Below, one piece after another: positions 8,929 through 14,807 of a DNA stretch of 31,250 bases. How positions within the stretch are numbered: position 1 is the stretch's first letter; every line of letters begins with the position of its first letter. The DNA is from Chthonomonas calidirosea. GTDB taxonomy: Bacteria; Armatimonadota; Fimbriimonadia; Fimbriimonadales; Fimbriimonadaceae. Location of the stretch: contig CAMAPH010000035.1 in the NCBI GenBank assembly GCA_945859975.1, positions 1 through 31,250 on the forward strand, given 5' to 3'. Made by a program: the position numbers and the translations under genes. Below the pieces are notes generated by a model. The model was not told where the DNA came from, made no database searches, and worked only from the letters and a program-made list of their open reading frames with translations.

Positions 8929-9714
8929 ATGCGTCGAGCATTTACTCTGATCGAGCTCCTCGTGGTGATTGCCATCATCGCGATCTTGGCGGCAATCCTC
9001 TTTCCTGTCTTTGCGCAGGCAAAACTGAGTGCCATCAAGACCCGAGCGCTCGCCCAGTCGAAGCAGCTGGCAACCGCGCTCGTGCTCTACGCGACTGATC
9101 ACGATGATAACTTCGTCCCCGCGTCGCTTCGCTCGGCCCAGCCGGGCGATCCCGAGATCTGGCCGCCGAAGCTTCTGCCGTACGTAAAGAGTAAAGACCT
9201 CTTTGTCGCGGCAAACACCGACGCCCGATTCGCAGAAGACTGGACAACTCGCCGCAACCAGAACATCGGCTACAACGATGCAACCGGAATCGACCTGGCT
9301 TCCACCGCCGTGCCGGGGGCAGCACCAGCCGGAACCGAAGGATTCACTACCGCCGCCTCCTTCTCGCTCGCGGAAGAATCGGCGAGAACCGGCCTCATCG
9401 CCTTCACGCCAAATTCGGTGAACGGCAAAGAACGCGGGTACGTGTTCAACCCCTACAACGGACCAAACGACCCGAATGGATCCTACAACTTCGGACTCCC
9501 CCTTATCGGCGACGTGAACCTTTGCACGACGCCATACAAAGGTGTGAACCACTCCACAAAAGTCCCGGGCGCACTGAAGCCAATCTATGCTCGATACGGT
9601 GGCGACGGGACTGGAAACGGCCAAACCCCCGTTATCTTCGCTGACGGCCACGCCCGGCTTTACTCCGCCAATCGACTTCAAGTCTTCGGCGAAGTCATCT
9701 GGCGCTTCCGGTAA
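8929..9714 (+). CDS. Prepilin-type N-terminal cleavage/methylation domain protein (DUF1559/H-X9-DG-like)
   Basis: [32 protein letters not shown] at the N-terminus and FADGH near the C-terminus. The start is set at the ATG at 8929, since the longer ORF overlaps rph. Confidence 0.9.
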   Translation: MRRAFTLIELLVVIAIIAILAAILFPVFAQAKLSAIKTRALAQSKQLATALVLYATDHDDNFVPASLRSAQPGDPEIWPPKLLPYVKSKDLFVAANTDARFAEDWTTRRNQNIGYNDATGIDLASTAVPGAAPAGTEGFTTAASFSLAEESARTGLIAFTPNSVNGKERGYVFNPYNGPNDPNGSYNFGLPLIGDVNLCTTPYKGVNHSTKVPGALKPIYARYGGDGTGNGQTPVIFADGHARLYSANRLQVFGEVIWRFR

Positions 9715-9778
9715 TCGATCATCAAATCGACCCAATCAACATCACCAAGGATAATTTCTATTCTTGACGAAAGAGTAT

Positions 9779-9814
9779 ATTTTGATCCGTCAAACATTTT
9801 TGACGGATCAAAAT
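9779..9814. promoter_or_regulatory. Perfect 16-bp inverted repeat overlapping the start codon of the second prepilin gene
   Basis: ATTTTGATCCGTCAAA-CATT-TTTGACGGATCAAAAT. The last 2 nt are the AT of the ATG at 9813. The function (operator or RNA hairpin) is inferred. Confidence 0.6.
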
Positions 9815-10577
9815 GAAGAAAGCATTCACCCTCATCGAACTGTTGGTTGTCATCGCCATCATCGCGATTCTTGCGGCGATCCTTTTCCCCGTCTTCGCCC
9901 AGGCTAAAGTTGCCGCCAAAAAGACGGCGAGCATCAGCAACCTGAAGCAGATCGGACTCGCCGGGGTGATGTACGTGACCGATAACGAGGCGTACCCCTT
10001 CATGTCCTCGCCAAGCTCCCAAACCCCGCGCACCCGCTGGCCGGACTATCTCTACCCATACATCAAGAACGAAGACGTCTTCCTCGCTCCAAACGCTGAT
10101 CCTGTGATCTTCGGAAAAATCTGGGCCCATAATCCCGCCAAGAAGTACGGAGGATACGGATACAACTTCCAGTACCTCGGCAACTCCCGATCCGTCGCTG
10201 GCAACGCCAATTTCCCGTTCACCGCCACCGAAACCCAGGTTTCAACTCCCGCCCAAACCATCTTTGTTGCTGATACCAACGGCGTCCGACGTGATAACAA
10301 CACCGTCGGCGCGGGCGAATACACCCTTGATCCACCGCTATCGTCAACCCGAGGTAGCGGCAAAGCCAGTGGCTATTACGGCGAAGGAACGGAGTGCGGC
10401 TCCGGCCCCCGAGGTTGCCGATCCACCCCGGCCGAGCGCCATGCCGGCCGAGTTGCCGTCCAGTTTGCCGATGGCCACGCAACCACCATGAAGCTCGCCG
10501 CCATGGACGACTTCAACGGCGACGGAACGCTGGATAACGGCTGGTGGAACGGCAACGCCGATCCAACCAGCCGGTAA
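9813..10577 (+). CDS. Prepilin-type N-terminal cleavage/methylation domain protein with H-X9-DG motif
   Basis: [45 protein letters not shown] and an exact H-X9-DG in [14 protein letters not shown]. Confidence 0.92.
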   Translation: MKKAFTLIELLVVIAIIAILAAILFPVFAQAKVAAKKTASISNLKQIGLAGVMYVTDNEAYPFMSSPSSQTPRTRWPDYLYPYIKNEDVFLAPNADPVIFGKIWAHNPAKKYGGYGYNFQYLGNSRSVAGNANFPFTATETQVSTPAQTIFVADTNGVRRDNNTVGAGEYTLDPPLSSTRGSGKASGYYGEGTECGSGPRGCRSTPAERHAGRVAVQFADGHATTMKLAAMDDFNGDGTLDNGWWNGNADPTSR

Positions 10578-10584
10578 ACGAACC

Positions 10585-11772
10585 TCAATCCTTGTAAGGA
10601 TCAAACTCGTTCTCGCCCGCCATTGCAACCCCGAACGGGGTCAACGTGTGCAGGATTTTCACCGTTTCCGCGTGAAAATCCAGCACCTCATCCAGCCGCT
10701 TGTAGCAGTGCGGAGACTCATCGCAACCCGCACCGCGAAGCGTTACTCCGGCAGATCGAACCCAGTCGTTCATCATCTCCTGCGTAATCGACCCGCCCAC
10801 CCTTCGGCGCTGACCGTCGACACGCTTGAGCTTTCCGGCCGCCTGAGTTCGGCTCAATACTCGTCCCGCGCCGTGGACCGTCGAGTACAACGCGGCCTCG
10901 GACCGCTCCGATTCCACGCCCTCCAAGATCACGCTCGGCTCGCCCATGCTGCCACCGACAAACCCTCGCTGACCCGGGAAAGCCGGCGTTGCCCCCTTTC
11001 GGACCACAAACAGGTTCTCACCGTCATGCGTTTCCTGCCAAGCAAAGTTGTGGTGGTTGTGAACCTCGTCCACAGTCTCCGCCCCTAGCAAACTCGCCAC
11101 GCGCTGGCAAACCCAGTCTCGGCCGGCGTAGGCGTACCGCCCCGCCAGCAACATGCTTCGCCAGTAATCCTGCCCTGCCTGCGTCTGCATCGAAAGAAGC
11201 ACCGGCGCGGCTATCATTCCGCCATCGCTCGGCGCTCCGGCGAGTTCAAGAAAGTGCGTTGCGATGCCGTGTCCGAATCCACGGCTACCAAAGTGCACGC
11301 CCACCCAAACCTGGCCGTTCTCATCTCGGAACAGGTCCACGTAGTGGTTGCCCGAGCCAACCGTGCCCAACTGGTTTCGCGCCTTGTCGCGAACGCTCGC
11401 CTGATTCAAGTACGCAATGTCCTTCCACGCGCTATCGTCAAACAACTCGTGATCGACCGTTTCCTTATTGCGTAACCCAACGCCGAACGAGATCGTGTTC
11501 CAAACCTCGTCCATGATCCGCTCAACATCGTTCTCGATGTCCGAAAACGCCAGATTCAGCCGAACCGCCTTGTTTCCACAAGCAATGTCGAACCCAACGC
11601 CTGCCGGGCTGATATGGTCACGGTAGGCCACCACGCCACCAATCGGCATGTTGTAACCCACGTGGCCATCCGCGCAAAGCACCGCCGACTTGGCGTGCTC
11701 ATTGCTCGCACAGCTCTTCATTTGAATCAACGTGTTTTCGTCGTGATTCCCAAAGACCAAAAAGTCTTTCAT
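10585..11772 (-). CDS. rtcB: RtcB-family RNA 2',3'-cyclic phosphate/3'-P:5'-OH ligase
   Basis: Motifs ADGH, GFDIACG, LGTVGSGNHY, HFGSRG, HNHHN, RKGATPA, GSMG and STVHGAGR (guanylylated His). The true start is MKDF at 11772, preceded by SD AAGGAG; the 106-aa extension in the ORF track is rejected. Confidence 0.95.
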   Translation of the reverse strand: MKDFLVFGNHDENTLIQMKSCASNEHAKSAVLCADGHVGYNMPIGGVVAYRDHISPAGVGFDIACGNKAVRLNLAFSDIENDVERIMDEVWNTISFGVGLRNKETVDHELFDDSAWKDIAYLNQASVRDKARNQLGTVGSGNHYVDLFRDENGQVWVGVHFGSRGFGHGIATHFLELAGAPSDGGMIAAPVLLSMQTQAGQDYWRSMLLAGRYAYAGRDWVCQRVASLLGAETVDEVHNHHNFAWQETHDGENLFVVRKGATPAFPGQRGFVGGSMGEPSVILEGVESERSEAALYSTVHGAGRVLSRTQAAGKLKRVDGQRRRVGGSITQEMMNDWVRSAGVTLRGAGCDESPHCYKRLDEVLDFHAETVKILHTLTPFGVAMAGENEFDPYKD

Positions 11773-12062
11773 TCGGTATCTCCTTTTTGAGGCAGCCTGG
11801 CGCTGAGCATCCGATTGGAGGGCAGAAACCCTACGCCGAGCCACTGGAATGGGAGCAACCCCGCCTCCAAAACGCGGTAGCTCCAAAAGGAAGTCTGGGG
11901 GTCGGAAGACTTTTTGCGTATTCGCGACCCGAAGTGTTCGAGGGTCGCGAAGCTGAGAAATTAACTCAATCGAACTGGACCCATAGACAAACCGAGATAC
12001 AGACTGCCGGCAAAAAGCCCGCAATCCGTACTGTGTGTTTGTATGGGACGAATTCGTCGCAT
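11773..12062 (-). ncRNA. Structured 5' leader of rtcB (putative cis-regulatory attenuator)
   Basis: Rod hairpin at 12056-11971, a perfect 10-bp hairpin at 11951-11921 with a competing strand at 11907-11899, and an anti-SD strand at 11892-11881. The G-U pairs favour the minus strand. Confidence 0.55.
11961..12062 (-). CDS. Putative leaderless leader peptide, 33 aa (MRRIRPIQTHSTDCGLFAGSLYLGLSMGPVRLS)
   Basis: The ATG lies 7 nt after an extended -10 (TGG-TACCTT), the same geometry as other apparently leaderless genes in this window. It is the 3' part of track ORF 11961..12158. Translation is not demonstrated. Confidence 0.4.
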   Translation of the reverse strand: MRRIRPIQTHSTDCGLFAGSLYLGLSMGPVRLS

Positions 12063-12069
12063 CGCGCTC

Positions 12070-12106
12070 AAGGTACCAGAGCCGATACAAATAGAGTCAA
12101 GTATCG
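12070..12106 (-). promoter_or_regulatory. Putative rtcB promoter with overlapping palindromic operator
   Basis: TTGACT (12100-12095), a long 19-nt spacer, then TG-n-TACCTT (12075-12070). The palindrome CGATAC-N12-GTATCG (12083-12106) brackets the -35. Confidence 0.5.
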
Positions 12107-12148
12107 TGCTGACTTTGTGATGCGGATTGCGTCTATCCTTAAAAGAGT

Positions 12149-13924
12149 TTGAGATCATTCCGCCGCACCCTGGAATTTCTCATGCCCTACAGGGCGCGAG
12201 TGATCGGTGCCGTTATCCTCACGTTGCTGGTTACGGTGCTGCAGATCGTGCCGCCCAGAATTTACCAAGCCGCCATTGACGGACCGATCAAATCCGCCCT
12301 CCGCGACAAATCGGACGCGAACATTGCTGCCGCGAACACGACCTTGTTCTGGATCGCGATGGGCCTCATTGCCGTCATCGCCGTCCGGAACATCTTCAGC
12401 TTCGTCCACAGCAACCTGCTCAACTGGATAGGGCACCGGTTCGTCTTCGATCTCCGCTTCAAAACCTGGCAGCACCTGCAACGCCTGAGCCTTGCCTTTC
12501 ACAACCAGACCCAAACCGGAAAGATCATGGCCCGCATCACCGCGGACATCGAGCTCATTCAGGGTCTCATCCAGGGCCAGCTCGTCACTTTCATCAGCGA
12601 CATCGTGACCCTCGTCACCGTCCTCGGAATGCTCTTCTTCCTGGAATGGCGACTCGCCACGGCCATCCTTTTGCTGGTCCCCTTCTATGTCGTCTCGTAC
12701 CTGTTCTTCCTAAAGCACATTCGAGAAGTCAGCCAGGAGCAGCGAAAGTATTACGACGAAATGCTCGGCAAGCTGGCTGAAAAGATCGCGGGAATCCAAG
12801 TCGTCAAGGCGTTCGTCCGAGAAGACACGGAGCGCGAGAGCTTCATGGCTTCGGTTAGAAAGAAGTTCTCGGTGGACATGCGTCAGGTTCACCTGAACCG
12901 GCAGCTCGGCCTTGTTAGCGGCGCAATCTCCGCCCTCGGCACTGGCGCGGTTTATGCCTTCGGCGGCCAGATGGTGCAAAACGGAGAAATGACGACCGGA
13001 AAGCTGGTCGCGATGACCTTCTACATCGGCTTCATCTTTAACCCTGCCGTCCGGGTCGTCGACTTCAACAACGCTCTCCAATGGGCGGTCAGCGCGATGG
13101 ACCGCGTATTCCAAACCCTCGACACTCGGCCAGAAATCGAGGACAGTCCGAACGCCATCAACCTCCCGCCGATTCACGGCGTCGTCGAGTTCCGCGATGT
13201 CACCTTCGCCTACCAAGATGCTCGCCCGGTGGTTGAGGGACTCAACCTGACCGTGCAGGAAGGGGAAGTGGTCGCCCTGGTCGGTCCTAGCGGATCGGGC
13301 AAAACCACCCTAATGAACCTGCTGATGCGGTTCTGGGATCCCACCCGCGGGCAGGTCCTCATCGATGGCCAAGACATCCGAGACGTAAGGCTAGAATCGC
13401 TGCGACGCCAGGTCAGCATGGTCGCGCAAGAGAACGTTCTCTTTAGCGTCTCTATCCTCGAGAACATCAAGTACGGCAAGCGGGACGCTACCGACGAAGA
13501 AGCCCTCGCCGCCGCGCGCACCGCCGACCTAGATAGCTTTGTCGAAACATTGCCGGACGGCTACGAGACGATGATCGGCGAAGAAGGCATTAAGCTCTCT
13601 GGCGGTCAAAAGCAGCGCCTCGCGCTTGCCCGTGCGCTCGTCACCGACCCAAGGATCCTCATCCTCGACGACGTCACTAGCGCCCTCGATGGCGAAACCG
13701 AAGCACGTGTTCAAGACGCCTTGCGCCAAGTCATGCGGGGCCGCACGACCTTCATCATCGCCCACCGCCTTTCGAGCGTCGTTGCTGCAGATCGTATTCT
13801 CGTGATCGAGAACGGCAACATCGTAGACATGGGCACGCACTTCGAACTGATCGAGCGTCCCGGAATCTACCAAGAGACATACCAAGAACAGTTCCGGTCG
13901 GCGCTCGATATGGTCCGCGCCTGA
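12149..13924 (+). CDS. ABC exporter half-transporter (fused TMD-NBD, MsbA/MdlA-type)
   Basis: N-terminal TM helices, Walker A GPSGSGKT, Q-loop VAQE, signature LSGGQKQR, Walker B ILILDD, D-loop SALD and H-loop IAHRLS. The TTG start is uncertain; the alternative is the ATG at 12182. Confidence 0.92.
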   Translation: MRSFRRTLEFLMPYRARVIGAVILTLLVTVLQIVPPRIYQAAIDGPIKSALRDKSDANIAAANTTLFWIAMGLIAVIAVRNIFSFVHSNLLNWIGHRFVFDLRFKTWQHLQRLSLAFHNQTQTGKIMARITADIELIQGLIQGQLVTFISDIVTLVTVLGMLFFLEWRLATAILLLVPFYVVSYLFFLKHIREVSQEQRKYYDEMLGKLAEKIAGIQVVKAFVREDTERESFMASVRKKFSVDMRQVHLNRQLGLVSGAISALGTGAVYAFGGQMVQNGEMTTGKLVAMTFYIGFIFNPAVRVVDFNNALQWAVSAMDRVFQTLDTRPEIEDSPNAINLPPIHGVVEFRDVTFAYQDARPVVEGLNLTVQEGEVVALVGPSGSGKTTLMNLLMRFWDPTRGQVLIDGQDIRDVRLESLRRQVSMVAQENVLFSVSILENIKYGKRDATDEEALAAARTADLDSFVETLPDGYETMIGEEGIKLSGGQKQRLALARALVTDPRILILDDVTSALDGETEARVQDALRQVMRGRTTFIIAHRLSSVVAADRILVIENGNIVDMGTHFELIERPGIYQETYQEQFRSALDMVRA

Positions 13925-13988
13925 CCAGTTCTTCCCAGATTTTCCCAGTCCGCCAGTGTTTTCCCGGCTTTTTCCCAGCTCGGCCCAG
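13925..13988. repeat. ~10-bp-periodic TTCCCAG array (TGGG repeats on minus strand), candidate MraZ-binding repeats
   Basis: CCAG/CCGG cores at 13925, 13935, 13945, 13953, 13964, 13975 and 13985, upstream of mraZ. Confidence 0.55.
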
Positions 13989-14125
13989 CATGGCCGCCAG
14001 TGCGTCTACATAAATGTCTACTATTTTTAGTCTAACTGGTAAACAAAGAGTAGTATTCGGATAGGTTTACTCCTTAATGGCGGACCAACTTTTCCCAAAT
14101 TTCCTCAAAAAAGAGGAAAATTTCC

Positions 14126-14154
14126 TTCCGCTAGACCAATGATTCCCGTATAAT
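14126..14154 (+). promoter_or_regulatory. Putative sigma70 promoter of the dcw operon
   Basis: TTCCGC-N17-TATAAT, with a perfect -10 at 14149-14154, ~140 nt upstream of mraZ. Confidence 0.6.
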
Positions 14155-14296
14155 CCCAGCAGAAGGATAAGGACTACGGATGGTCTGGAAACTTCGAAGC
14201 GGCGGGGTAACCCAGATACCGGGGCGGTGAGCAAGATGCGGAAGCCGTCCCAACACTTGATATTGGCACACGTTCAGATTTTTTAAGGAGTGGTGA

Positions 14297-14806
14297 TTGT
14301 TCATGGATCGAACAGAAATGGAAACGGATTTCCAGCACCACTTCGGAACTGACGACTCAGCCGTTGATGGTAAAGGGAGACTCCCGCTAAGTAAGAAGAA
14401 GCGAGAGTGGTTAGCCGACGGCTTCCGCTTCATGAAGGGGGATTTAGGCGTGCTCACTATTTATCCAGAATGGTCATTCCAGAAGAAGAAAAACTGGGTG
14501 ATGTCATTTGACGAGCACAACGAAGGCCGCCAACTTTACCAAAGCATGGTTCTTGGAAGCGCCGAAGGCCCGTTCGTCGCAGATGGCGAAGGCCGCGTTG
14601 TCATCCCTTCCTCGCTCCGAAGAGATGTACCTCTAGAAGGTGCCCTTATCCTTCGCGGCGTCGGTGAGTACATCGAAGTCTGGCCACTTACGGAATACGA
14701 AAAGTGGAAAACTGACCGCGAGAACTACAACCGAGCCTGGCGAGATTCCGTTCGCGAATCCATCCGCATGATGAAGGCAGACGCCCTGCCGGGGAGCAGC
14801 AACTAA
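14297..14806 (+). CDS. mraZ: Division/cell wall cluster transcriptional regulator MraZ
   Basis: Two SpoVT/AbrB-type DxxGR motifs (VDGKGRLPL, ADGEGRVVIP) and IEVW. It is the first gene before rsmH. SD AAGGAG lies 6 nt before the TTG. Confidence 0.9.
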   Translation: MFMDRTEMETDFQHHFGTDDSAVDGKGRLPLSKKKREWLADGFRFMKGDLGVLTIYPEWSFQKKKNWVMSFDEHNEGRQLYQSMVLGSAEGPFVADGEGRVVIPSSLRRDVPLEGALILRGVGEYIEVWPLTEYEKWKTDRENYNRAWRDSVRESIRMMKADALPGSSN

Positions 14807-14807
14807 C

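Noticed and set aside
8199..11772. rph and rtcB as a joint RNA-processing locus
   Set aside because: They are on opposite strands and separated by two unrelated genes. Nothing in the sequence links them.
11790..11960. tRNA or canonical Y RNA upstream of rtcB
   Set aside because: I could not build a cloverleaf or find a proper GTTCRANNC T-arm, and no Ro60 gene is nearby. An Infernal search is needed to exclude a divergent one.
11773..12090. 106-aa N-terminal extension of RtcB in the ORF track
   Set aside because: A strong SD precedes MKDF at 11772, the extension has no RtcB-like sequence, and its start lies inside the predicted promoter.
12020..12131. 9-bp inverted repeat CGCAATCCG/CGGATTGCG flanking the rtcB promoter (invertible switch?)
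   Set aside because: It is short, no invertase is nearby, and the left copy is already explained as an arm of the rod hairpin.
13925..14125. CRISPR array or replication origin
   Set aside because: The units are ~10 bp with no unique spacers and there are no cas genes. No TTATCCACA-type DnaA boxes were seen.
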